Source: Chloroflexota bacterium (GTDB lineage: Bacteria; Chloroflexota; UBA11872; VXOZ01). Taken from it: a stretch of DNA of 64,000 nt. The stretch is from the NCBI GenBank assembly GCA_964291655.2, contig OZ219802.1, positions 1,984,001 to 2,048,000 of the forward strand. Direction: 5' to 3'. The notes beneath the pieces are model-generated. The model was given only the letters and a program-made list of their open reading frames with translations. It had not been told where the DNA came from and did not search any database. The translations under genes and the position numbers were made by a program. Positions within the stretch are counted from its first letter, which is position 1. Every line of letters begins with the position of its first letter. This document shows positions 22,817-32,964 of this stretch, one piece after another.

Positions 22817-23050
22817 GAGACCTTTGCGCAACTCAAGCGGTAGCAAAATAGTTCCCTCTCCCTCGACGGGAGAGGGCTAGGGTGAGGGTGGATCTCCTGA
22901 AATCTCTCCATATGCACACCAAATCTGCCCTGATACGTCTTGACACTGCCCAGCGTAAAGGGCCATCGTAGCAAAAAGACCCCCTCACCCCAACCTTCTC
23001 CCCCAGGAGAGGGAGTGCCCTGCTTGAAAGTGGGGTTATGCAAAGGTCTC
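22817..23050. mobile_element. GAGACC-ended MITE (uninterrupted version of 15765..16293)
   Basis: Same TIRs; TSD CCCAG; interior largely matches 15765..16293 without the IS481 MITE. Confidence 0.87.
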
Positions 23051-23392
23051 CCCAGGGAGAGGGAACCGGAAAACGTAGCGCGGGGGCGTGTCCCCCGCTC
23101 CGGTAGCTAGTTGCCCCGCACAGGAAGATGGATTCCCGCTTTCGCGGGAATGACGAATCAAAACTCCGACTTACCCGACAAATTCCATTGTCACCCAATG
23201 GCGTTGGCTCCGTTCGTGGCCCAGGGGCGTGTCCCCCGCTCTTGTTCACCTTCAGCAAGCACCATCTCAAGTGTCTTAAGGACTCCCCTCACCCTAACCC
23301 TCTCCCCAAGGAGAGGGGATCAGAGGCCATGGCGTGGGGGCGTGTCCCCCGCTCTGGTGCATCTTCAGCAATCACCGGCACGAAATTCGCAT

Positions 23393-24286
23393 CTAACTTC
23401 CAATCAGCAGGCCGTCCGCTTTCACCGCCTGATACAGCGCGAACCATGCATCGAGCGAGAGTTCCTGCGGACGGCACTGCGGAGAGATTCCCGCTTCTTC
23501 TAGCAGCCAGCGCATATGCTCGTCATCAATCCGGAGGAGCGAGCGGACGGAGTTATGTACCTGCTTGCGCCGCTGGGAGAAGCCCGCCTGGGCGAGTCGC
23601 AGCACGTCAGGCACCGCTTCTACGGGAAAATACGGCTGTGGGCGCTTCACCACTTCCACCACGGCGGAGTTCACCTGCGGCGGAGGAAAGAACGCCTGCG
23701 CGGGTACGGCAAAGAGGTGGGTGGTCTCCGCATAGGTCTGCATAAGCAGGGAGAGATAGCTCATGTCGCCCGGCGCTGCACTGACCCGCGCCGCAACTTC
23801 CCGTTGCAACATCACGACCATACGTTGCGGACCGGCCGGATGCACTATGAGTTGCCTGATCACCGGGGTTGCCACGCTGTAGGGCAGGTTCGCCGCCAGC
23901 ATGTACGGTGATTCTCCAAAGTAAGGGGAGGGATCAAACGCCACGGCATCCTGGTGGACCATCTCGACGTTTGTATGGAAAGCCAGTGTAGCGTCCAGCA
24001 AGGCTAACATGCGCGCATCGATTTCCACAGTCACCACCCGCTCGGCCACGTCCGCGAGGCAAACGGTAAGACTGCCCAAACCGGGTCCGACCTCCAGGAT
24101 GCGGTCGTGGTCTCCCTGCTGCACGTGCCGCATGATCGCGCGCAGCACGCCCGCGTCAGCCAACAGGTGCTGGCCGAGCTTGCGGTTCAGGCGCAAGTCC
24201 ACCTGACGCAGCAGCATGCGCATCGTGCGCGGACGGCACAGATCGCGTGCTTGCGCGGGAATGTCAAAGACCTTGGAATTAAGCAT
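23393..24286 (-). CDS. rsmA: 16S rRNA m6,2A dimethyltransferase
   Basis: LGQHLL, LEVGPGLGSLT, ANLPYS, MLQREVA, FFPPPQVNSAVV. Confidence 0.96.
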   Translation of the reverse strand: MLNSKVFDIPAQARDLCRPRTMRMLLRQVDLRLNRKLGQHLLADAGVLRAIMRHVQQGDHDRILEVGPGLGSLTVCLADVAERVVTVEIDARMLALLDATLAFHTNVEMVHQDAVAFDPSPYFGESPYMLAANLPYSVATPVIRQLIVHPAGPQRMVVMLQREVAARVSAAPGDMSYLSLLMQTYAETTHLFAVPAQAFFPPPQVNSAVVEVVKRPQPYFPVEAVPDVLRLAQAGFSQRRKQVHNSVRSLLRIDDEHMRWLLEEAGISPQCRPQELSLDAWFALYQAVKADGLLIGS

Positions 24287-24313
24287 GTCTCACGTCTACG
24301 CGGTAAGCAGCGC

Positions 24314-24537
24314 CCGGTAGCGCAGGTTTGCAACTTGTGGGTACTCCCGGGTAGCGCAGTTCAGCAACCGGCAGTCCCATCCGGCAAGGCAGGTCCGGGT
24401 CACCAACACCTTCCGGTAGCGCAGGTTTGTAACCTGCGGGTACTCCCGGGTAGCGCAGTTCAGCAACCGGCAGTCCCATCCGGCAAAGCAGGTCTGGGTC
24501 ACCAACACCTTCCGGTAGCGCAGGTTTGTAACCTGCG
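24314..24537. repeat. 99-bp tandem repeat (~2.3 copies) built on GTAGCGCAGGTTTGTAACCTGCG palindromes
   Basis: CCGGTAGCGCAGG recurs every 99 bp with near-identical intervening sequence. Confidence 0.9.
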
Positions 24538-24645
24538 TCGTCACAGTCTTGCACCGAAACGTGACCCCTGTAGTGCAGAACGCCCTTAGTTCTTATAATA
24601 CCGTAGAGACGAGAACGACATTCTTCCACGTAAAGGAGCAGAACC

Positions 24646-25368
24646 ATGCGGGTGCAGGCAATCGGCGCGCATCCTGACGACATCGAGCTGCTGTGCGCGG
24701 GCACACTGGCAAAGTACGCGGCGCAGGGGCACCACGTGACGATGTGCTACGTGTGCAACGGCGGGCTGGGCCACGTGGAGATCATGCCGCCCGAACTCAA
24801 AGAGGTGCGCAAGCAGGAGTCAAAGAACAGTGCCGACGTGATCGGCGCGGACTTTCAATGGCTCGACATCGACGACGCGGACGTGCGCCAGAGTACCAAC
24901 GAGGCGCTGGCGCGTTTGGTCGACGCCGTGCGCGCGGCCCAGCCGGACGTGATCATCACCCACGCGCCCAACGATTACATGGACGATCACCGCTTGGTGG
25001 GCGAACTGGTGCTCAAGGCGAGCTTCGACGCCACTATTCCCCATCTTGTTTCGAAGCAGGAGAATCCGGCACAACTCGTGCCCATCTTCCACATGGATAC
25101 CCTGATGGGCGTGGACTTTCTGCCGGAAATGTGGGTGGACATTAGCGAGACCATCGAGATTAAGCGGCAGATGCTCGCGTGCCATGAGAGCCAGTACGCT
25201 TGGCTGAAAGAACATGACAACATCGACTACATCGATTCCATGGTCACGGTGGCGAAGTACCGGGGCTTGCAGGTCGGCACGCCGTATGCGGAAGGCTTCC
25301 GACAGGTGCGCGTCTGGGGCCGCACGACCACCGTGCCGCTGCTGCCGACGGACATCGCCCGCGGGTAG
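24646..25368 (+). CDS. PIG-L/LmbE family deacetylase
   Basis: AHPDDIE, THAPND..DDH, K...LACHESQ, YAEGF. Confidence 0.92.
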   Translation: MRVQAIGAHPDDIELLCAGTLAKYAAQGHHVTMCYVCNGGLGHVEIMPPELKEVRKQESKNSADVIGADFQWLDIDDADVRQSTNEALARLVDAVRAAQPDVIITHAPNDYMDDHRLVGELVLKASFDATIPHLVSKQENPAQLVPIFHMDTLMGVDFLPEMWVDISETIEIKRQMLACHESQYAWLKEHDNIDYIDSMVTVAKYRGLQVGTPYAEGFRQVRVWGRTTTVPLLPTDIARG

Positions 25369-25464
25369 CAAGGTACGGGCCGCAGTCGCTGCTGGATAAT
25401 GAGAACTCAAGTTGCTTTTCCGGCGCAATTGCAACTTTCAGATCGAAAAGTGTCAATTATGTCG

Positions 25465-25686
25465 TCAATCGCAACCAGAGTACTGAGTGGTAGGCGGTGG
25501 CAGCGGCTTGCCGTCAACGCGATAGAGGTGGATGACTTCGTCTACTATCTGGCGCAGTTCCGCGAATACCTGCCATTTGTCGTCGCCATGGCAGCCGCCG
25601 TAAAACAGGCCCGGAGCGCTGCCCACATAGCACTGATCGTCCTCCGACCACTCGACGACTTTGGCGTAGCGGGCACTATCTTTCAT
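25465..25686 (-). CDS. HicB-like antitoxin (short form)
   Basis: YAKVVEWSEDDQCYVGSAPGL..GGCHG, GKPLPPP. Confidence 0.8.
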   Translation of the reverse strand: MKDSARYAKVVEWSEDDQCYVGSAPGLFYGGCHGDDKWQVFAELRQIVDEVIHLYRVDGKPLPPPTTQYSGCD

Positions 25687-25762
25687 TTCTGGACTACTCT
25701 ATCGTGGCATTCACGGCACGGACTTGGTAGTTCTTCGCGTCACTGCTTGGACTGCCATGACG
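25687..25762 (-). pseudogene. Probable 3' relic of a HicA toxin gene
   Basis: Translates HGSPSSDAKNYQVRAVNATIE*SR directly upstream of hicB; resembles the DAK.YQ C-terminus of HicA-like toxins (from memory). Confidence 0.5.
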
Positions 25763-26746
25763 TCAGACCAACTCCCGGTTTACGAAGTAGCACCCACCTT
25801 CATTACACTTGTTCGGATAAAAACACTCTCGTTCTGGCTTGTTCGGACACATTACCCTTTCCGCTTCTGCCACGCAGTGTGGGCACTCCCTATCACCGTC
25901 GTAGTCAAAGTATTCGCCGTGGGTCAAGCAAATCCGTGTAGCGCATTTGTCGCAAGGACCGTATGACTCTTTTTCCGCCTGAGGCAGGTTAAACCTGTCA
26001 TGGTACGGGTCCTGGTACAAAAACCAGTTCCCTTGTATTTGGTCACAACTGGTACACACGTTAGCCAAGTACTTTGCTCCGACTGTGGCACTGAATCTTC
26101 GTTCTAGGGTCACGCCGCTGTCCCGGACAAAGTCTAACTCCTCTTTGGTGAATTCATCCTGCTCTAGGGCTTGGCCGTCTTTGTAGCCAGTAGCAACTTT
26201 GATGTTTTGCTCACAGTTCCAACAGTCTTTGAGACTGACAGCAACCGTTCGCAGTGGTAGCGGAGTGGAGCAGTCTATGCACTTGGGTCGCTGGCAAAGC
26301 AGATTGTGTGCATCAATGTTGAGCCGCTTTGCTGCGAGGTCTTCAAGCCTTGCCTTTACGTTTAGCGAGGCATCAAGAGCGCGGTTGCGTCTCTCCCCAA
26401 CGAATTCTCGTGGCGCATTCAGGTGGAACTCAACGACTTCAATGTTGTTCCCCACTGCATATTCGTGGACATTACTTTCGGGAATGTGCTTGTCCGCTAT
26501 TTCTATGAATCTGATCGGATTCCAATCTATATCAAACATGGACAGATCGGGGCGAACCGTTCCTACACTCTTGTTTCTTTCGACAGTTGCTACGTTCTCA
26601 ACTAGGTTGATGATAAGTTCCTCCCTACATTCGTTGCACATTGCGGTAGCTGGCAGGCTTTTGCCTAGGTTCACTCTGATGTGCAACTCAAGTATGGAGA
26701 CTGCACGCTCGTGCGGTGTCTCTCTTATTTGACTTCTCTTGGCCAC
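25763..26746 (-). CDS. Hypothetical Cys-rich protein with possible PD-(D/E)xK nuclease (CoiA-like) region
   Basis: VRPDLSMFD...RFIEIADKH; several CxxC pairs; lower GC; downstream of tRNA-Gln. Confidence 0.7.
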   Translation of the reverse strand: MAKRSQIRETPHERAVSILELHIRVNLGKSLPATAMCNECREELIINLVENVATVERNKSVGTVRPDLSMFDIDWNPIRFIEIADKHIPESNVHEYAVGNNIEVVEFHLNAPREFVGERRNRALDASLNVKARLEDLAAKRLNIDAHNLLCQRPKCIDCSTPLPLRTVAVSLKDCWNCEQNIKVATGYKDGQALEQDEFTKEELDFVRDSGVTLERRFSATVGAKYLANVCTSCDQIQGNWFLYQDPYHDRFNLPQAEKESYGPCDKCATRICLTHGEYFDYDGDRECPHCVAEAERVMCPNKPERECFYPNKCNEGGCYFVNRELV

Positions 26747-26983
26747 CGGCCTATCTCTAACGGTTCAGTCGCTATTCGGATCTCTGTTATTGGATTGCAT
26801 GTGAGATTTTCCCCTGACAACGCAAATAGCAACCCATGCAATTCCAATTTGGAAACCGGTCCACGAATGCTTGGCGACAAGTCTGGATTCCAGATAAACG
26901 GCAAGCTGCAGTGCTTAGGGACAGAGGAAAGGTTGGCAACTGCTCCGGCTCCACATGAGGCGTAGCCGTGAGCACTCCGAACT

Positions 26984-27057
26984 TGGCTGGGGAACCAGGA
27001 TTCGAACCTGGACTTATGGATCCAGAATCCACTGTCCTACCATTAGACGATTCCCCA
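26984..27057 (-). tRNA. tRNA-Gln(CTG)
   Basis: TGGGGAATCGTCTAATGGTAGGAC-GTGGA TT CTG GA TCCAT-GGTTCGAATCC-CCCCAGCCA. Confidence 0.97.
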
Positions 27058-27409
27058 TGGCAGCCGCCGCTAGTGCGACCATTTTCATGGTACTAAGTGG
27101 CTTTGGCTCGCGTCAACAGACAAGGTGGTGCTTTATGCTCCACCAGCCAAACGAGAGCGATATGAGGTTTGGTCCGTCATTAGTAAGTTGAAGAAGGCGG
27201 GCACATGAGCGGATACAAGAAGGAAACGCGAGGGCAAGTTTTCCGTCATTTCCGCGATAAGCCTGCCCCGTACTTGATACGGGGCGGGAATCCATCTTCC
27301 TCTGGCTCATTGCCGTCCACTCGGTTGCAGGCCTAGGACACACTTCCCTCACGCCGTCCCCTGGACTCCGGCTTTCGCCGGAGTGACGGTGCGGTTGGTC
27401 CGCCGCAAT

Positions 27410-27665
27410 TGTAGATGTCAGGTAATTCGTTGACAGATTTGAGAACAAAAGCAGCTGAACGCAGTACTCTACATGAACAGTACACATGTCATTCCGAGCG
27501 GAGCGTCGAACCCTGTTCGCGGAATCTAGGGCCCATGCAACGTGTCGCCCAATAGGCTCAACATCTTAGATTCCTCTCTTCGCTGCGCTCCGTTCGGAAT
27601 GACATGATCTGTCAACACTGCCAATTTGGGAGAGAATTCTGTCAACGAATTACTCAACACTTACA
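27410..27665. mobile_element. MITE, TGTAAGTG-ended family (copy 3, inverted)
   Basis: Same TIRs; TSD GCAAT at 27405-27409 and 27666-27670. Confidence 0.83.
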
Positions 27666-28140
27666 GCAATGACCAATGGGTAGAGGCACGACCTGTGGTG
27701 CCCCTCACCGCGTCCGGCCCTTCCGGTAGCGCAGGTTTGCAACCTGCGTCCGCCGGCGTGCTGACCCCTCTTGTCGATTTACGTGACAAGTATCAGGCAT
27801 GAACTTGGCGCCACGCCAAGCTGGGTCCGATCACGACACGCGCAAATCTGCGACCGTCATCGCTGCGACCCTGCGCCGGGTTCAGGACAGGCAAGGGCTT
27901 CGCGCAGCACGCAGCACGAACGGACTTCTCGGTCTGTGGAGTCTTGGAGATGCCGCCCCCTAAGCAAGACGATACCCCGTTGGCCGGCCATGCCTCTGAG
28001 TCGGATTCATGGTTAAATGTGGGATGCGTTCGCCCGCCTTCGCTACAATAGGGACGGAAGGCGGGCCGCAAGACATGCCGTGGATCAGACGACGCTGAAA
28101 TGCGGAGCAAGCGAAGGGTCACATTGGAGGGGAATCAACC

Positions 28141-28890
28141 GTGCGGCGTTTTGAAGACCAGGTAGCCATTGTCACCGGCGCCGGCAGCGGCATTGGCTTG
28201 GGGATTGCCGAGCGGCTGGGGAGCGAGGGCGCGCGGGTGCTCATCACCGACATTGACGGAGCGGTTGCCGATCGTGCCGCGGCGGGGCTGGCGGCGCAAG
28301 GCATCGCAGCGCTGGCGATGAGCGGCGACACCGCCGAGGAGTCAACGGCTGAACGCGCGGTGGCCCAGGCCATGGATGCCTGGGGGCGCATCGACGTGCT
28401 CATGAACAACACCGGCATCATCGGCAATACCGCGCCGCTGTGGGAACTGCCGGTGAGCGAGCTCGACCGCGTCTATGCGGTGAACCTGCGCGGCACCTAT
28501 CTTTTCTGCCAGCATGCCATTCCCCACATGCTCGCCCGCGACTACGGCCGCATCGTGAACATGGCGTCGATCGCGGGCAAGGAAGGCAACCCCAACATGG
28601 TGCCCTATTCAGCAACCAAGGCCGCCATTATCGGCCTCACCAAGTCGCTGGGCAAAGAACTCGCGGAGACCGGTATCCGCGTAAACTGCCTCACGCCCGC
28701 CGTCGTCCGTACGCCCATCTGGGAGCAGACCACGGCGGCGCAAATGGACATGCTGTTGGCCCGCATTCCCATGAAGCGCAGCGGCGAGATCAGCGAGGTA
28801 GCGGCGCTGGTGGCGTGGCTGGCGTCGGCTGAGTGCTCGTTTAGCACCGGCGGCGTCTTCGATCTCAGCGGCGGCCGGGCAACGTACTAA
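28141..28890 (+). CDS. Short-chain dehydrogenase/reductase (FabG-like)
   Basis: TGAGSGIG, NNTG, YSATK, FDLSGGRATY. Confidence 0.93.
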   Translation: MRRFEDQVAIVTGAGSGIGLGIAERLGSEGARVLITDIDGAVADRAAAGLAAQGIAALAMSGDTAEESTAERAVAQAMDAWGRIDVLMNNTGIIGNTAPLWELPVSELDRVYAVNLRGTYLFCQHAIPHMLARDYGRIVNMASIAGKEGNPNMVPYSATKAAIIGLTKSLGKELAETGIRVNCLTPAVVRTPIWEQTTAAQMDMLLARIPMKRSGEISEVAALVAWLASAECSFSTGGVFDLSGGRATY

Positions 28891-28996
28891 TGGAAGGTCT
28901 TGCTACCGTACACACAAACATGGAATGCGGGTGCATTGCGTAGGTGAACGATACCCCTTAGGCGGGGGCACTAATTTAAGCGGTCAAACGAACACT

Positions 28997-29338
28997 TCAC
29001 GGAGACTCCGTTGCCGTAATGATCGTGCCGTCGGGAAGTCGCAGCCATTTCGGGTCTGGTCGGCCACTACCGCCGACTTTCCCATCCGGCTGCAAGTACT
29101 GATGGACGAGCGCAACCGGACGAAGGTTTTCACCTTGTAGGTCTTCGTAGTAGATTACCATTTGAGTAATGGTGCCTGCAGGCTGGCGAGCTGCTCTGGG
29201 AGCTAGGTATTCATCTCGCACTATCGCGACCAATTCACCTGTTGCGGATTTCTGGTACAAAAGCATAGAATTAAAGTGATGTCGGATCTCAGCCTTTGAC
29301 ACGAAACGGTCGGGTTCATCCAGGCGGGTAGAAGGCAT
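28997..29338 (-). CDS. Hypothetical protein (possible toxin-like)
   Basis: Protein-like composition with VHQYLQPDG..GGSGRPDPKWL; lower GC. Confidence 0.65.
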   Translation of the reverse strand: MPSTRLDEPDRFVSKAEIRHHFNSMLLYQKSATGELVAIVRDEYLAPRAARQPAGTITQMVIYYEDLQGENLRPVALVHQYLQPDGKVGGSGRPDPKWLRLPDGTIITATESP

Positions 29339-29615
29339 GAATGCAAATTCACTTGAGACAGTTGGTGAACGGGTAGAAGCCTATCTTGACGAGGCGCTCT
29401 CATTACAGGCGTTGTCTACGTGGCTACTATCCAAGACTGCGTACTTCGCTGATGCGCCGCGCCAGTCCCATGATGCCAGACTGTGGGCACGAGCGTGTAA
29501 CCTAATCTCGCTCTTTGGTGATAGCGCTCTGTCGGAAGATGAGGTCAGGGCCGCGCTTCGTGAATGGCTTGCAGAAAATCCACGTGTACTCGCCCACGCA
29601 TCTTCCCCGCGCTAG
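29337..29615 (+). CDS. Hypothetical small helical protein
   Basis: Amphipathic pattern VEAYLDEALSL..LSTWL...LSEDEVRAALREWL. Confidence 0.6.
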   Translation: MNANSLETVGERVEAYLDEALSLQALSTWLLSKTAYFADAPRQSHDARLWARACNLISLFGDSALSEDEVRAALREWLAENPRVLAHASSPR

Positions 29616-29670
29616 ACATCCTTTCCCAATTGGTCGCTGGCATACGTCTGCAAAGGGTTTGCAGGCCGGC

Positions 29671-30813
29671 CTAGATAAACGCCGCTGAACCGTCGGGGCC
29701 TACGTCGAACGGCCGGTGCCAGGAACGGATGGGCTGACCGCGCACGTAGTCCTCGTTGAGTTCAATGCCCCAGCCGGGCTTCTCGGGAATCTCCAAGTAC
29801 CCGTCATTGAGCTTGACCGGCGCGTCGAGTATGTCCTTGCGCGGCGCTTCGTCGTCGGCGTGGTACTCCAGGATGATGAAGTTGTGGGTGGCCGCCGCAA
29901 AGTGGACGTTCACAGCAGTCGCTACCGGCCCCAGCGGATTGTGCGGCGCAACTTTGACGTAATGCGCTTCAGCGAGTGCAGCGATCTTGCGCATCTCGGT
30001 CAGGCCGCCGCAGACGCAGATATCCGGCTGAATGATGGTCGCCGCCTGCTTCTCCAGCAGTTCCCGAAAGCCGAACGACATGTAAAGCATCTCACCGGTG
30101 GCGACGGGAACCGGCGACTTCTGCGCGAACCACGCCAGGGCGTCGATGTTCTCAGGACGCAGCGGCTCCTCGAAGAAGAACGGCTGGGAGGGCGCCACCG
30201 CTGCCGCCATTTCCAGGGCGCGGGCGGGCTCGAAAGTGCGAGCGTGAGGATCAAGCCCAATGTCCACGTCCGGCCCCACGGCCTCCCGCACCGCCGCGAT
30301 GCGTTCGCCGGCCGCAGCCACTACGGCATTCCACGACATTTGGCTGGAGTTAGGCGGATGCGGCGACATCTTGAGCGCGGTGTAGCCGTACTTCTCCACG
30401 AGTGACTTTGCGCTCGCCGCACAGTCCTCCGGCGTAGCGCCGCCGCAACCCTGGTAAACCCGAATGCGGTCGCGGCACTTGCCGCCGAGCATGCGGTACA
30501 CCGGCTGCCCGGCTGCTTTGCCGCTGATGTCCCACAGCGCATGGTCGATACCGCTGATGGCGGCGTTGATGACCGATCCACCGGGAAAGCGCGAGTGCAC
30601 GTACATGTGGTACCAGATTGCGTTGATGTCACGGGGGTCTTTACCCACGATCCAATCGGCAAAGTCGTCAATGGCGGCTGCCACCGCCCGGTTCGGCCCC
30701 ACCGGATAGGCCTCGCCGATACCGCTGATGCCTTCGGACGTGTTGATCTTTACGATGAGCACGTCGCGCGAAGTGATCGGCGCGGCAAAGGTTTCGACCG
30801 AGGTGATTTTCAT
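29671..30813 (-). CDS. Mandelate racemase/muconate lactonizing enzyme family (galactonate dehydratase-like)
   Basis: ISGIDHALWDI.GK, FFEEP, ATGE, QPD..CGG, APHNP.GP. Confidence 0.92.
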   Translation of the reverse strand: MKITSVETFAAPITSRDVLIVKINTSEGISGIGEAYPVGPNRAVAAAIDDFADWIVGKDPRDINAIWYHMYVHSRFPGGSVINAAISGIDHALWDISGKAAGQPVYRMLGGKCRDRIRVYQGCGGATPEDCAASAKSLVEKYGYTALKMSPHPPNSSQMSWNAVVAAAGERIAAVREAVGPDVDIGLDPHARTFEPARALEMAAAVAPSQPFFFEEPLRPENIDALAWFAQKSPVPVATGEMLYMSFGFRELLEKQAATIIQPDICVCGGLTEMRKIAALAEAHYVKVAPHNPLGPVATAVNVHFAAATHNFIILEYHADDEAPRKDILDAPVKLNDGYLEIPEKPGWGIELNEDYVRGQPIRSWHRPFDVGPDGSAAFI

Positions 30814-30922
30814 GGCGCGTTACTCCTGTGACGAGCTATGGATGGGGAGTGGGAGACACGTTAGGATGTCCTAGCCCTCCCCCGGTATCAAGTACGGGGC
30901 AGGCTCTAGCCCTCTCCCACGG

Positions 30923-31147
30923 GAGAACTTTGCAAAACCCTCGCCACAGCGCGAATGTTCCCTCTCCCTCGACGGGAGAGGGCTAGGGTGAGGGTGAATC
31001 TCCTGAATACTCTCCATAGCATACCAATATTTGATCTACTACATCTTGACACTGCACTAGCGCAAGGGGCCATTGCAACGTAAAGATCCCCTCTCCCCGG
31101 GGAGAGGGAGATTCTCTCGCCTACAGGTGAGTTATGCAAAGGGTCTC
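30923..31147. mobile_element. GAGACC-ended MITE (diverged copy)
   Basis: GAGAACTTTGCAAAAC / GTTATGCAAAGGGTCTC; TSD CACGG. Confidence 0.78.
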
Positions 31148-31549
31148 CACGGGGAGAGAGATTACTCCTGCTACCCGGCGTGTATATTATGGCTTCCTAG
31201 ACTCGGAATCCAATGTCTTTGCGCAACATGGGAAGTTTGCAGCGCGGGAGACAAGCCACAATCGTGTCGCATCAAAGTAGCGCGGGGGCTTGTCCCCCGC
31301 CAGAGCAAAGGGAACAGGCATGGAAAGGATTGACCTTACAGGAACGCAGGTTGCAAACATGTCCTGAGCCTGTCGAAGGGCCTGCGCTACCGGGGATAGG
31401 AGGCACGGTGCTCGGCGCCACTATGTTTGATGCGACAACATTGGGGACAAGCCCCCGCGCTACGGGAATTTAAGAGTGCCTACCCTTTTGGTCCAGGGTG
31501 CAACTGCCAAGCTTTCGAATGGTTCGGCTCGTTGGGCTGAAACTATTCG

Positions 31550-32521
31550 TCAGGCGCACACGGGATGGTCGGCGGACCAGCGGTTGAAGTTCTCGGTAGA
31601 GGAGGCGGCCAGTTTGGGTCGGGCGTCTTCCCACATTTGGGTCCACATTGCGGCATCGCGCAGCTCCGATTCAGGATTGGCGCGGCTGCGGGCCACGAAC
31701 TCGGGGAAGACCGGTCGCCCGGTAGGCTGGCCGACCGGCTGATAGCGCAGGTCGAAACTCCAGCGCACCTGGTCCTGGGTCTTGTTGTCGTACGAACAGT
31801 GCATGGTCTTGCTGTGCATGAGCAGAATGCTTCCCGCTTGCATGGGCAACGGTACAGCGTTCGCCACGTCCACAAGTTTTTCCGGTATCCAGACGCCGCC
31901 GACGCCCGGGCAGTGTACGGCGAGCTCTTCTTCCCGGTGCGAGTAGGGCACCACGTACATGCAGCTATTCTCGATGGTGGCATCGTTCAGGGGCAACCAC
32001 ACCGTCAGCATCTCGGTTTCGTCCGCCTCTTCCACCACCACGCCGTTGTCCTGGTGCCAGGGCACAGCCACGGAAAGATTGCTCGGATTCTCCACGTGGA
32101 CGACGTGACGCGGCAGCTTCATGCGCACGTGCTGCACGGGGTTGGAGAGGATTTCAGGCCCCACGACGCTCTCCGCGCAATCGAGCAAACGCGAGTTTAC
32201 GAGCAGATTGAAGACGGCCGGGCCGGTGTGCATCGGCGCGTCGGCCCCTATGGCTTTCTGCGGCAGTGAAATGTCAAAAGGCTGGGCAAAAATCTGGCCG
32301 CTTTCGTCGCAGACTTGAATAAGCCGCTGGTCGAACGGCAGGTCGGCATACGTAGAAGAAATGACGCCCTCTGCGTAGAGATCGCGGGCGATACCGTCCA
32401 GCACGTCGGCATATTCCGCCATCACCGGCGCCAGGTCTTCTTCCGGATCGAGGACGTTTTCTACGACAACGTAGCCTTGTTCAGTGAGTTGATTGAGTTG
32501 CGCTTGCGTCAAGCCGGCCAT
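31550..32521 (-). CDS. Phytanoyl-CoA dioxygenase (PhyH) family protein
   Basis: PWHQD, TVWLPL.DAT.EN.C, MHCS, RWSFDLRY. Confidence 0.93.
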   Translation of the reverse strand: MAGLTQAQLNQLTEQGYVVVENVLDPEEDLAPVMAEYADVLDGIARDLYAEGVISSTYADLPFDQRLIQVCDESGQIFAQPFDISLPQKAIGADAPMHTGPAVFNLLVNSRLLDCAESVVGPEILSNPVQHVRMKLPRHVVHVENPSNLSVAVPWHQDNGVVVEEADETEMLTVWLPLNDATIENSCMYVVPYSHREEELAVHCPGVGGVWIPEKLVDVANAVPLPMQAGSILLMHSKTMHCSYDNKTQDQVRWSFDLRYQPVGQPTGRPVFPEFVARSRANPESELRDAAMWTQMWEDARPKLAASSTENFNRWSADHPVCA

Positions 32522-32964
32522 TTCTTGCTGCTCCTAATTGTCCAATGCGGAACGTATGCACATCCGAGTGCGAAAGATGCCAATGCCGAGGTTCTTTACG
32601 CCCATGTATCTGTCTTGTACCAAAATAATACATCCAGAGCATTATAGGCAAGCCTTCAAGCGATTATTGAGTGTGGCAGGCAGGCTCCCGCACAAAGACA
32701 GGAATTATTGCGGCAGGAGAGGGTCGGATGAACGGGCTCGTCATTTCCGCGAAAAGGCTGCCCCGGGCTTGAAACGGGCAGGAATCCATTTTTGCACTTT
32801 GCACGCGCCCTAGACTCCGGCGTTCGCCGGAGTGGCGGATGGAAGGCCTGACCTCGTTCAACTAGCGGTAAGTTGGCGGGGGACAAGCCCCCTCGCTACG
32901 GGGAAAGAGCGCCTTCGCCTGCCGCCATGCAGAGCAGATCCTGCCAGTAAGGCGATGTTGCTTG

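Noticed and set aside
24314-24537. Possible CRISPR array (palindromic repeat with regular spacing)
   Set aside because: Intervening sequences are near-identical, so it is a tandem duplication rather than repeat-spacer
25370-26983. attL/attR duplication of the tRNA-Gln 3' end and an integrase
   Set aside because: No second copy of the tRNA 3' sequence and no integrase ORF seen
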